64,000 bases of DNA from contig JAZMZK010000018.1 of the NCBI GenBank assembly GCA_045585955.1, forward strand, positions 25,450 to 89,449. Reading direction: 5' to 3'. This DNA comes from Victivallaceae bacterium (GTDB lineage: Bacteria; Verrucomicrobiota; Lentisphaeria; Victivallales; Victivallaceae). The notes beneath the pieces were generated by a model. It was given only the letters and a program-made list of their open reading frames with translations. It searched no databases and was not told the DNA's origin. Below, in pieces: positions 26,473-35,160 of this stretch. The position numbers were made by a program, and so were the translations under genes. Numbering within the stretch: the stretch's first letter is position 1; the number at the start of each line of letters is the position of its first letter.

Positions 26473-27696
26473 TTATGCTGCATAATGCACATTTATAGCG
26501 TTAATGACAGCGCAAAAATCCATATCTGCAATTTCTAGGACATCGTCATTATCAAAGCCAACATTGAGAACAAATAAGAAATTAGAGAATTCATAAATCT
26601 TTTCTGCCACAACATCAGTTAGATTCTCGTGGATACGTTCTGCTTTGGAGAGTAGAAGCAAATGTTGATACTGCTCGTCAATCTCCTGCGTATGACCATT
26701 TGGATGAGCATAATTCAGATGCTGTGTCGGAGTCAATGCAATAATGTTCTCCAAATAATAGCAAATTTCGGGGTATATTGCTTCGGGGAAAATATGGTGC
26801 ATATGGATTGCTTTATCACGGATATTAGCAGTTTCAAGATGTTCTGTCTGACCATCACGGTTTTGATCGTTGAACATACGGAGGAATCTTTTGGCTTTTG
26901 CCGATTGATAGTGGTAATATGCTTCGTTAACTTCCACAGGATGCTGCGTAGCATATTCTTTTCGAGTTACACCTTTAGGCTTATCAGCATATACATCTCT
27001 GAAGTTATTGCGATTATACATCAGCATATCATAGGTGATAATCTGCTCAGACAATCTGCCTTTCTCAGTACCATGTGAATTGTTGAAGTATGCCAACGGA
27101 TTTAACACCTTGATAAAAATACGGTTGCACTCTACAGTACCGTTAATTTTTGTGTTTTGGATAATAAAACTTGAAAACACCTCTTTAACATGCTGATAAG
27201 CATCCTTTGTTTGTGTTCTGAAAAAAGTCTCAAAATCCCGATAGATACCACTATCACGCAAAACTTTTTCAATATATGTCTTCAAGAAAAACAATGCGTT
27301 TCGTTCACGCAGAGCGATATATTCAAGGACTTCCATATTATTTACTTGATAAAAGTTGTGATTTCCCCGCTTGGTTTTTGTCAAGACATTGGCATTCGCC
27401 AACATTTCCATCGGCTGTTGGAAGAATTTATCATACTCGTTTCTCGCTGCTTCATTTGCCACTCTCGGTTTCTTAAAGATGGCCTCAACATTTTCAACGG
27501 TATAGTCATAATGCCATATTTCTGTAGATGTAAAGATGCCATCTTCATCCTGTAAGGCGTAATTGTAGATACAGTCTGCTACGACAGTAACGACATCTGC
27601 AGCACATTTTTGATCGATCCATCTACCGTTTCCGCTTTTTCGAATATCGTAATCGTACTGATTACAAAAATCTATAATTGCTTTTTGTGTCAACAT
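26473..27696 (-). CDS. HNH-motif restriction endonuclease candidate
   Basis: 407 aa. The C-terminal H-N-H pattern is IHMHHIFPE...YYLENIIALTPTQHLNYAHPNGH. It lies 18 nt downstream of the methyltransferase stop on the same strand. Confidence 0.65.
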   Translation of the reverse strand: MLTQKAIIDFCNQYDYDIRKSGNGRWIDQKCAADVVTVVADCIYNYALQDEDGIFTSTEIWHYDYTVENVEAIFKKPRVANEAARNEYDKFFQQPMEMLANANVLTKTKRGNHNFYQVNNMEVLEYIALRERNALFFLKTYIEKVLRDSGIYRDFETFFRTQTKDAYQHVKEVFSSFIIQNTKINGTVECNRIFIKVLNPLAYFNNSHGTEKGRLSEQIITYDMLMYNRNNFRDVYADKPKGVTRKEYATQHPVEVNEAYYHYQSAKAKRFLRMFNDQNRDGQTEHLETANIRDKAIHMHHIFPEAIYPEICYYLENIIALTPTQHLNYAHPNGHTQEIDEQYQHLLLLSKAERIHENLTDVVAEKIYEFSNFLFVLNVGFDNDDVLEIADMDFCAVINAINVHYAA

Positions 27697-27714
27697 ATTC
27701 GTTGTCTTTCTCCG

Positions 27715-30306
27715 TTAATTGAATAATAAAAGCTGGATATTTTCTTGTTCGTTTAATTTCTCTGTAATTGGAATATCTTTTAAATGTTTTCGCAAAAGAC
27801 CATAGAAAAAAACTGAACACGCATCTACATTCAAAGATCTTGTTTGATAATTTCTTGCCACTTGATAGAAATCACGATACTCCAGTGTAGAGAAAAATTC
27901 CAGCTGTTCTTCAGAGGGGACAATTTGCTCTTTGGGGACAAGAATAGCCAATGAACCATTAACCAACACATTCTTTGGCTTTTTTATCACTCTTGGCTTA
28001 TAGGTCATATTAGGGGTGAGGTATACATCTTCTCTCTGCAGATATTCGAATACAGAAAGAGTTTTTGCCTCGCTTGAGGATATATATGAATCATATCCAT
28101 CAATGTCAAGCACATTTTTTCCATCATCGCTGATATTACGGGACTTGAGTACTCTGATATCCCCTACATCGGATAGTAGTTTGTTTGTTATTTGCCTGTC
28201 GCGAAAGACTCTAAAGACATTAAAATCCAATCGTTTACAGACATTGTCGAACTCATTGTTGCGGTAGATAATCCAATAAGGAAGTTTTGTATCAAAGATA
28301 TAGTCCTGAACTTGCTCTAGACGAATACTATGCGTAAAAGAGAATACCTTAGTTTTCAACGGACTTCCTTGGTTGTTTATGAAAATTGCCAACGTTTCAA
28401 CCAAGACCCCCGGAAAACCTTTTTCGCCAAAGTCAATGATACCATCAACTGCTTTTGCGGAAAGATACTCTCGTGTTTTTGCAAATTCCGGTGTATTAAG
28501 CAAGAACTTCGGAAAAACTAATGCAACATAGTTTCCGATATCCATTGCTTTGTCGAGAAAAAAAGAGCAGATATTGGTTGTATCTCTGTTGATTGCACTT
28601 TGACGATACACATTCAAGAGCGTATTTGTGGATTTCATCTTATAAAATGGTGGATTCCCAATAACATAATCGTATTTTCCGTCAAAATCATAGAGCAAAA
28701 AGTCATCCTTGATATAATTAATCGTACAGTTTTGTGGTATTTCATAATTCTTTAATATGAGTTTTGCAACCTCCAAACTATGCTCATCAATATCGACTAC
28801 ATCAAGGACAATGTCTTTACCTTCAAATTTTTTTATGATAAGAGGAATAAAATTGCCCACCCCAACGGATGGCTCAAGAATCTTTACAGTCTGCAGATCT
28901 GTATCCGGCAACGCTTTCATTATTTCTGTGATGAGCGTTTTACTGGTAAAAAAAGCAGCGTTATCTGTACGGCTTGTATTAGCTAATTCTGCAATCTTGC
29001 CCAATGTCGTAGCAGATAAGAACATTTCGTTTTGTATAATAAAATTTTTTAGTCTTTCGACATCATACAAACAATATTCAGTTACGATTTTATTGATTGT
29101 TGCTGTGTTAATAGGGGGATGTTTCAGCGCAGCAACAATTTTTTTGGCAATAGCTTGAAAAATTGCTGTAGGAACAGCCTCTCCTAATGATTGTCTGATT
29201 TTGATTTCTTCTTTTTTTAAGAACGCTCTTTTTTTAGTGGCAGAAAACTGATTGAGTATTTCTAAATCTTCTTCTACCCATTTGAAAGAGCAAGGAACGG
29301 TCATCATCATCATCAGTTCTCTAATGCTAAAAACCCTGTCATCGCTTGGATGAATCGTATTTTGACTTGCAAGTTGATCGTTTCTTGTGTGAATACAAGG
29401 ACCTACTTTGTCCCAATATTGACGTCTATATTTATCACCGTTTTTCTGCTGGTTGATTACAATTTTTCCATCCTTGATTTGATGGGGTTTTTTGCTGTTA
29501 TCAGCATTGTCGAATGCCGATTCACCCTCTTTTATGTCAGCGATCCACGATCTCATATGTTCGGGATATACTCTAAAAAAGTGATATATATCTTCTTCGT
29601 CTATTTCGGAAAACTCTGTTAACGGCTTCAGTTTGCCTATTACTTGTCTAAGAGTTTTTTCTTTTACAAGGTCAGGAAAGAGTTCCAGCGGAGAAACCTC
29701 ATCGGCATAATCTTTAGAAACACCAATAACAACCGTACGCTGTCTACTCGAACAAGCACCATAATTTTTGAAGTTAATAATGCGAGAAATATATGAATAC
29801 CCTACACCTAAATTACTTTCGATTGCTTCGGCTATCGTCTTATTTGTACCATCGATATCGGTACAAATAGTTTTCATAAAAGCAGGAACATTTTCAAAGA
29901 TAAAAAAGCGAGGATTGATCTGTTTGATAATCCTGATAGACTCGATCACCAAGGAATTTCTGATGATTTCCGTGGAACTTTTTTTATGATTCGCTACGGA
30001 CATTCCCTGGCAAGGTGGGGTAGCAATTACAACATCAATGCGAGATACATTTTCTTTCTTACTCCATAAATCGATTTGCGCATATAGTGCAGATTTTGTG
30101 GATTCAGCAGTAATGTCGCCGCAAATATACCCACTTTCATATTTGCACTTGTTATTATACTTTTGAATATCCAGTCTTCTTGTAATTAACTCATTGGTTG
30201 CCACACAATCAAAGCCCTCCAACTTAAATCCATAGCATCCAATTCCTGCACTACTAAACAAGCTAATGTATGTTGGTTTGTAGTTTGTTTTCATTCTTAA
30301 TGCCAT
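27715..30306 (-). CDS. Bifunctional DNA methyltransferase: N-terminal C5-cytosine MTase fused to C-terminal N6-adenine MTase
   Basis: m5C motifs: I FSSAGIG, IV TPPCQGMS, VI FENVPAF, VIII QRTVVIGV, X GEAVPTAIF. A second module follows with the AdoMet motif ILEPSVGVGNFIP and the catalytic motif VIGNPPFYK. Confidence 0.88.
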   Translation of the reverse strand: MALRMKTNYKPTYISLFSSAGIGCYGFKLEGFDCVATNELITRRLDIQKYNNKCKYESGYICGDITAESTKSALYAQIDLWSKKENVSRIDVVIATPPCQGMSVANHKKSSTEIIRNSLVIESIRIIKQINPRFFIFENVPAFMKTICTDIDGTNKTIAEAIESNLGVGYSYISRIINFKNYGACSSRQRTVVIGVSKDYADEVSPLELFPDLVKEKTLRQVIGKLKPLTEFSEIDEEDIYHFFRVYPEHMRSWIADIKEGESAFDNADNSKKPHQIKDGKIVINQQKNGDKYRRQYWDKVGPCIHTRNDQLASQNTIHPSDDRVFSIRELMMMMTVPCSFKWVEEDLEILNQFSATKKRAFLKKEEIKIRQSLGEAVPTAIFQAIAKKIVAALKHPPINTATINKIVTEYCLYDVERLKNFIIQNEMFLSATTLGKIAELANTSRTDNAAFFTSKTLITEIMKALPDTDLQTVKILEPSVGVGNFIPLIIKKFEGKDIVLDVVDIDEHSLEVAKLILKNYEIPQNCTINYIKDDFLLYDFDGKYDYVIGNPPFYKMKSTNTLLNVYRQSAINRDTTNICSFFLDKAMDIGNYVALVFPKFLLNTPEFAKTREYLSAKAVDGIIDFGEKGFPGVLVETLAIFINNQGSPLKTKVFSFTHSIRLEQVQDYIFDTKLPYWIIYRNNEFDNVCKRLDFNVFRVFRDRQITNKLLSDVGDIRVLKSRNISDDGKNVLDIDGYDSYISSSEAKTLSVFEYLQREDVYLTPNMTYKPRVIKKPKNVLVNGSLAILVPKEQIVPSEEQLEFFSTLEYRDFYQVARNYQTRSLNVDACSVFFYGLLRKHLKDIPITEKLNEQENIQLLLFN

Positions 30307-30308
30307 CC

Positions 30309-30527
30309 TTACATTGCTTGTCTATCATTTGGAACTAATTCCATAATGTCATCTATGCCGCAACCAAGAGCAGAGCAAATTCTCACTAGTACATCAACAG
30401 TAACATTCGCGTTTTTTCCAAGTTTTGCAATAAGAGAATTACTTATTCCTGCAGCTTCTCCAAGCTCTTTTTTTTTCATATTTTTATCAATAAGTAATTT
30501 CCAAAGTTTATTGTAACTAACAGCCAT
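30309..30527 (-). CDS. XRE-family HTH regulator (controller C-protein candidate)
   Basis: 72 aa from the ATG at 30527 (GAGGTG RBS). The HTH is KKKELGEAAGISNSLIAKLGKN. Its stop lies 2 nt before the methyltransferase ATG. Confidence 0.8.
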   Translation of the reverse strand: MAVSYNKLWKLLIDKNMKKKELGEAAGISNSLIAKLGKNANVTVDVLVRICSALGCGIDDIMELVPNDRQAM

Positions 30528-30552
30528 TATAAACACCTCTTGACTATGTGAA

Positions 30553-30594
30553 TGTGCTTTGGTGTATTATAGCACAAGTTTTTTGAAAATTCAA
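30553..30594 (-). promoter_or_regulatory. Sigma-70 promoter with overlapping palindromic operator (C-box candidate)
   Basis: On the minus strand: TTGAAT (30594-30589), a 17-nt spacer, then TGcTATAAT (-10 at 30571-30566). The inverted repeat TGTGCT...AGCACA (30553-30576) overlaps the -10. Confidence 0.6.
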
Positions 30595-31038
30595 GAAGTA
30601 ATTGCACGAAAATATAATTTATCTGCAAAAAAATTGCGAACAACAAAGCTAAACAGACACAATTTTTACGCTTTTGAAATTCGTAGCCGCTATCGGCTAT
30701 CCTTTTAGTTTATACTATGTAAATACTATCAGGCACTTCCCACCGGGTTAGCTGCTTGGTTAACATCAACGATGTATTGTCAATTGAATGAGCAAATTCA
30801 AACCAGTAATATACGCCTTGCCAGCAATCTCATTCTTCACAGCAATCTGACTAATGGAAGTCATCAGTACTACCTGATGGTCGTAAATCCGTGCAGACAG
30901 TTTTAATGTTAATTTCACAGTATCCTTAATTTCGTAATATTACGTTTTTGAGTGTTGCGGGAGGTGTCATATCTTCCAGAAAATACAAATTGGCAAATTT
31001 TGGCAAATAAATCTATCCATTTGAGCAGAGTTTAATAG

Positions 31039-31197
31039 CTTGAAAAGGCAAAAAAACATGAAGCCTGTAAAGGCTTCGCTTCGTACCGCGCCAGCGGTGC
31101 TTCATATATTGCAGCAGCTGCAATGTGCTTCATGCATCGTAAGCCGTGCTTCATTTTTCCTCCAGCCTTTACTGATGAAGCAACTGCGTTATGAAGC
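31039..31197 (+). repeat. Long direct repeat, copy B (right flank of the R-M island)
   Basis: It matches 25327-25522 as described above. ORFs called across it are not frame-conserved between the two copies. Confidence 0.85.
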
Positions 31198-31202
31198 ATT
31201 TG

Positions 31203-31225
31203 CTTGTGCAAATATGAAGCACAAG
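31203..31225. promoter_or_regulatory. Perfect 7-bp inverted repeat CTTGTGC-N9-GCACAAG (operator-like)
   Basis: cttgtgc (31203-31209) pairs with gcacaag (31219-31225). The same half-site occurs in the C-gene operator (minus strand AACTTGTGCTATAAT). Confidence 0.4.
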
Positions 31226-31299
31226 TGTCTGAAGCCGCTTGTATAATATCCCCCTGCCCCCCCCTAAAAAAGACTCTGGGAAATAAACCGGTAATATAG

Positions 31300-32592
31300 T
31301 TACACAGTTTTGTTTTTCAATCTTGCACTTAAACGCACCGAACAAAAATCGGGACCGCACATGGTGCAATATTCCGAGCCATGCTGATTTGGTGCGTTGC
31401 TTTCTTCCAACGCCTGATGTCGCAATTCTCTTGCCCATTCCGGATCAATAGCCAGCTCAAACTGTTTTTCCCAATCGAAGCTGGCTCTGGCATCAGATAT
31501 GGCATCATCCCGTTCCCGGCAACCGGGTTTCTTCAAAGCAACATCCGCTGCATGAGCTGCTATCTTAAAAGCAACAACTCCCCGGCGCACATCGTCGGCA
31601 TTAGGCAGTCCCAGATGTTCTTTCGGGGTTACATAGCAAAGCATAGCTGCGCCATGATACGCCCCCATCATACCACCCATTCCGGCAACAAAATGATCAT
31701 ACCCCGGCGCACAGTCAATGACGACAGGCCCAAGAATATAAAAAGGAGCATCGTTACAGATTTGCCGTTCGCGTTCCATATTTTCTTTTATTTGATCCAA
31801 AGGAACATGTCCCGGGCCTTCCACCATGACCTGCACATTGCTTTTCCGGCAGCGCTGCACCAAATCCCCCAATGTATCAAGTTCGGCAAACTGCGCCTCA
31901 TCCGAAGCATCAGCCAGACATCCGGGGCGCAAACCATCCCCCAGCGAAAGAGTAACATCGTACTTATGGCATATTTCGAGAATATCGTCAAAAGCTTCAA
32001 AAAATGGATTTTCTTTTTCATGCTCTTTCATCCATGCAGCGATCAATGCCCCGCCCCGACTGACGATACCGAGTTTCCGTTTCAAAGCCAGCGGCACATA
32101 ATTTTTCAGCAATCCGGCGTGGATCGTCATATAATCCACGCCCTGCTCTGCCTGTTCCCGGATGACAGTAAGAATTTTATCTGCTGAAAAATCATTACAG
32201 CCATATCGGGCAACGATTTCATAAACCGGTACTGTGCCCAGAGGAGCAGTACAAGACTCCAACATATTCTGCCGGATAGAGTTTATTTCGCCGCCGGTAC
32301 TTAAATCCATAACGGTATCAGCTCCATAATGTAAAGCAACGGCAAGTTTACTCCGCTCGGCACCGGGGCAACTGGATAATGATGAATTACCGATATTGGC
32401 ATTGATCTTGGTTTTAAGTTCACGACCAATACCGCAAGGTATCAAGTTTTTATGATTGATGTTTGCAGGAATCACAATAGTCCCGGCAGCAACTCTATCG
32501 GCGATAAACTCAACAGAACGCTGTTCGATCCCGGCTACATGTTTGATTTGCGGAGTAATTATTCCTTTTCGGGCATATTCGATCTGTGTCAT
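31300..32592 (-). CDS. thiC: Phosphomethylpyrimidine synthase
   Basis: MTQIEYARKGIITPQ... and the C-terminal CTMCGPDFCS cluster motif are present. The ATG at 32592 overlaps the thiD TGA (ATGA). Confidence 0.95.
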   Translation of the reverse strand: MTQIEYARKGIITPQIKHVAGIEQRSVEFIADRVAAGTIVIPANINHKNLIPCGIGRELKTKINANIGNSSLSSCPGAERSKLAVALHYGADTVMDLSTGGEINSIRQNMLESCTAPLGTVPVYEIVARYGCNDFSADKILTVIREQAEQGVDYMTIHAGLLKNYVPLALKRKLGIVSRGGALIAAWMKEHEKENPFFEAFDDILEICHKYDVTLSLGDGLRPGCLADASDEAQFAELDTLGDLVQRCRKSNVQVMVEGPGHVPLDQIKENMERERQICNDAPFYILGPVVIDCAPGYDHFVAGMGGMMGAYHGAAMLCYVTPKEHLGLPNADDVRRGVVAFKIAAHAADVALKKPGCRERDDAISDARASFDWEKQFELAIDPEWARELRHQALEESNAPNQHGSEYCTMCGPDFCSVRLSARLKNKTV

Positions 32593-33419
32593 AATTCTTT
32601 CCAATATATCTGATCTGAATAGTTTTTTACGGGCGGAAACATTTGAGTCAGCGTATCGCTTAATTTTCTGTTTTCGGTAAGCGAACCATAAACAAATGCT
32701 TTGGCATCAGTCAATGCCTGCTGCCAATCCCCGCCTTTTGCCAAAATTGCAGTAATTGCAGCGCTCAAAGTACATCCGGTACCGTGCGCAGTGTTACGGG
32801 GCAACTTAACTGCCGGAGAACTCACAGTAAAAACTCTGCCCTGATAACAGACAATATCACTTGCCTGATAAGCCGCTGCTGCATGACCGCCTTTCAACAG
32901 ACAATTACATTTATATTTATTGAAAAGCTGCCGGGCAGCTCCGGCAAGGTCTTCCATGGTTGTAAGCTGCCGGTTGCAAAGAAATTCGGTCTCCGGGATA
33001 TTAGGCGTGATCCATTCTGCCAGAGGAAACAATTTTTCCTGCATAACGGAAATTGCTGCTTTTTCCAGCAGGCAGGCACCTGAAGTTGAAATCATTACCG
33101 GATCAACAATCAGTTTAAGATTGTATTTTCCGGCAAATTCAGCTACACATTCCACAATTTCTTTATTGGCAAGCATGCCGGTTTTGGCAAAACGCACCGG
33201 AAACAGTTCCAATACGCTTGCCAGCTGCATTTTTACAGATTCAAGCGGCATTATATCGACCCGCCGCACCTCATTGGGATTTTGCGCCGTAACGGCAGTA
33301 ACCGCCGAACAACCATAAACATTAAATGTATTAAAAGTCCGCAAATCGGTCTGCACGCCGGCGCCGCCGCCGGAATCACTCCCGGCAACAGTTAAAACAA
33401 CCGGCAAACTGTTACTCAT
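32589..33419 (-). CDS. thiD: Hydroxymethylpyrimidine/phosphomethylpyrimidine kinase
   Basis: LTVAGSDSGGGAGVQTDL and the C-terminal GTGCTLSAAI motifs of ThiD are present. Confidence 0.92.
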   Translation of the reverse strand: MSNSLPVVLTVAGSDSGGGAGVQTDLRTFNTFNVYGCSAVTAVTAQNPNEVRRVDIMPLESVKMQLASVLELFPVRFAKTGMLANKEIVECVAEFAGKYNLKLIVDPVMISTSGACLLEKAAISVMQEKLFPLAEWITPNIPETEFLCNRQLTTMEDLAGAARQLFNKYKCNCLLKGGHAAAAYQASDIVCYQGRVFTVSSPAVKLPRNTAHGTGCTLSAAITAILAKGGDWQQALTDAKAFVYGSLTENRKLSDTLTQMFPPVKNYSDQIYWKEL

Positions 33420-34080
33420 ACAATGTACTGCCTTTCATGATCTGCCGCAAATGCTTTACTTTGTTTTCAACATCGGCAGCTTGAGTTATTTCAGTTATCA
33501 TAGCTATATGCCTGAATCCTTTGGCACACAAATCCGCCAGATGCTGCTCTTTGATACCGCCCATTACGGAAAATGGACAATCCACAAGCTTTTTAAGCTC
33601 TTCGGCTTTGTCCAACCCCAGAGCCCCGCAGGCAACACTTTTAGTATTGGTGGGAAACACCGGGCCGATATTCAGGTAGCTGCAACCGTCGGCAAGAGCC
33701 TGACGGATCTCTTCGGCGTTGTGAGTCGATGAGCCGAAGAGCATCTCCGGAGCAAGCTTTTTAGCTTCACGCAGCGGAAAATCATCCTGCCCCAAATGAA
33801 CACCGTCGGCCCCGGCAGCCATTGCAATATCTACCCGGTCATCCACGATCAAAAGCATTTGATAACCGTCAGTTACAGCTTTACATCTCTTTACCAGTTC
33901 AAACATGGAGCAATCTGAAATATTTTTTTCCCGTATCTGTACGATTTTAGCCCCGGCAGCGGCAATGCTTGCAACAATATCGCAAACATTCCTGCCGTTG
34001 CAATATTCTGAACTTACAACCGGATAAATATCAGAGCTTTTGAACAGTTCGATGCGTTCAGCATGAGTACGCATTTTCAA
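33412..34080 (-). CDS. thiE: Thiamine-phosphate synthase
   Basis: A 222-aa TIM-barrel ThiE pattern ([24 protein letters not shown]) within the thi operon. Confidence 0.9.
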   Translation of the reverse strand: MKMRTHAERIELFKSSDIYPVVSSEYCNGRNVCDIVASIAAAGAKIVQIREKNISDCSMFELVKRCKAVTDGYQMLLIVDDRVDIAMAAGADGVHLGQDDFPLREAKKLAPEMLFGSSTHNAEEIRQALADGCSYLNIGPVFPTNTKSVACGALGLDKAEELKKLVDCPFSVMGGIKEQHLADLCAKGFRHIAMITEITQAADVENKVKHLRQIMKGSTLYE

Positions 34081-34856
34081 CGGCCTTTTTCGATAATAAG
34101 TTTGGCAACTTTTCTGCCGGACATAAGCATACCGCCGAAAATCGGCCCCATGCGATAACCGCCCATAACATTATTGGCACTCATACCGCAAGCATACAAT
34201 CCGGGGAAATAACAGCGGGTATTTTCAACCGTGGAGGCTTCGCCGTTTTCGACCCACATCGGCTTTTCGCCGATAATATCGCCGGTGGGGGTATCGAGTT
34301 GGATCTTGGCTTTTTTTACAGCAAGATTAAGTATTTCGCTGGGGTGGCCGGTGCCGTCAATTACATTTTCGGCGATAACAGTCAGGGGGTCTACATGCAG
34401 CCCCAGCCGTTCAACACAAGTCCAGTTGATCACCAGTCCATTGACTTTTCCATTTTTGAAAACAAGATCTTCCACACTTACTGAATTAAAAATCAAAGCC
34501 CCGGCTTTTACTGCACCAAAAATCAATCCGCTTGCCATTTCGACCGAATCAAGAGTGTGATACCCCGGTGCATTTTCCAACTTTTTGTGGGTTATACTGA
34601 AATCATCAAGAATATCGAGTGCATCATCCTGCACCACGACTTCGTTAAAAAGCATGCCGCCGCCCCAAGTACCGCCGCCGGGAGCAAGTTTACGCTCAAA
34701 AATAGCTGTTTTTATCCCGGCTTCCGCCAGATAACGGGCAGCAACAAGAGCTGAAGGGCCGCCGCCGACGATGGCGACATCAAGTTTCAAATTCGCAAGG
34801 AGTTTTTCGCTGAATTTGCTGACGATTGCAGAGGAGATAATGTTTTCTTCCGACAT
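34077..34856 (-). CDS. thi4: Thi4-type thiazole synthase (FAD/NAD-fold)
   Basis: It has the dinucleotide fold [19 protein letters not shown] and Thi4-like motifs ([21 protein letters not shown]). It is the first gene after the TPP riboswitch. Confidence 0.85.
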   Translation of the reverse strand: MSEENIISSAIVSKFSEKLLANLKLDVAIVGGGPSALVAARYLAEAGIKTAIFERKLAPGGGTWGGGMLFNEVVVQDDALDILDDFSITHKKLENAPGYHTLDSVEMASGLIFGAVKAGALIFNSVSVEDLVFKNGKVNGLVINWTCVERLGLHVDPLTVIAENVIDGTGHPSEILNLAVKKAKIQLDTPTGDIIGEKPMWVENGEASTVENTRCYFPGLYACGMSANNVMGGYRMGPIFGGMLMSGRKVAKLIIEKGR

Positions 34857-34953
34857 ACCGGAAATCCTTTCCGGCGCAAGCTTGTGCGCCCATTATGGGT
34901 ATGCCGGTGCTGAATGCACCATCTTAAAATTGTAACAAAAATGATATTCATTT

Positions 34954-35032
34954 GTCTTTCCTACGCCGGCATTACCCGTTTCAGGTTCGATGGGTTTGAT
35001 CTCAGCCGTTGTTACCTCAACAACAGCACCCC
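34954..35032 (-). promoter_or_regulatory. TPP (THI-box) riboswitch
   Basis: The minus strand reads GGGGUGCUGUUGUUGAGGUAACAACGGCUGAGAUCAAACCCAUCGAACCUGAAACGGGUAAUGCCGGCGUAGGAAAGAC. This contains the conserved CUGAGA and ACCUGA...GGGUAAUGCC..GCGUAGG elements, ~95 nt upstream of thi4. Confidence 0.9.
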
Positions 35033-35160
35033 AAGGTTACATATCTTCTAATGTAACACCATTTGCAAAAAAAATCAAATATAAAAATACATTTATGTTT
35101 GATTTTTATATCGGCAAATGTTATTTTAATGGCGATGCAAACACAAAAAAAGGATTTTTT

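Larger units (their letters stand above)
25523..31038. mobile_element. AT-rich restriction-modification genomic island bracketed by long direct repeats (no integrase seen)
   Basis: Sampled 60-nt lines are ~30-35% GC here versus ~48% in flanking operons. Five co-directional genes run C-protein, methyltransferase, nuclease, orf96, ATPase fragment. The island is flanked by repeat A and repeat B and lies adjacent to tRNA-Asn. Confidence 0.55.

Noticed and set aside
30766-30918. A possible 50-aa GTG-started ORF (VKLTLKLSARIYDHQVVLMTSISQIAVKNEIAGKAYITGLNLLIQLTIHR) in the island's right-hand spacer
   Set aside because: It is short, has a non-ATG start, and has no recognisable family. It could equally be a fragment of a lost gene. 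The evidence is not strong enough to call it.
25129-31299. Search for an integrase, transposase or excisionase that would make the tRNA-adjacent island an active mobile element
   Set aside because: No ORF in any frame shows tyrosine- or serine-recombinase or DDE hallmarks. The island is therefore reported as non-autonomous or fixed.
31040-31438. ORFs 31040-31246 (plus) and 31169-31438 (minus) at repeat B and the thiC 3' end
   Set aside because: The reason is the same as above. The minus-strand one also overlaps the 3' end of thiC and merely inherits the repeat-encoded ...FITQLLHQ tail.
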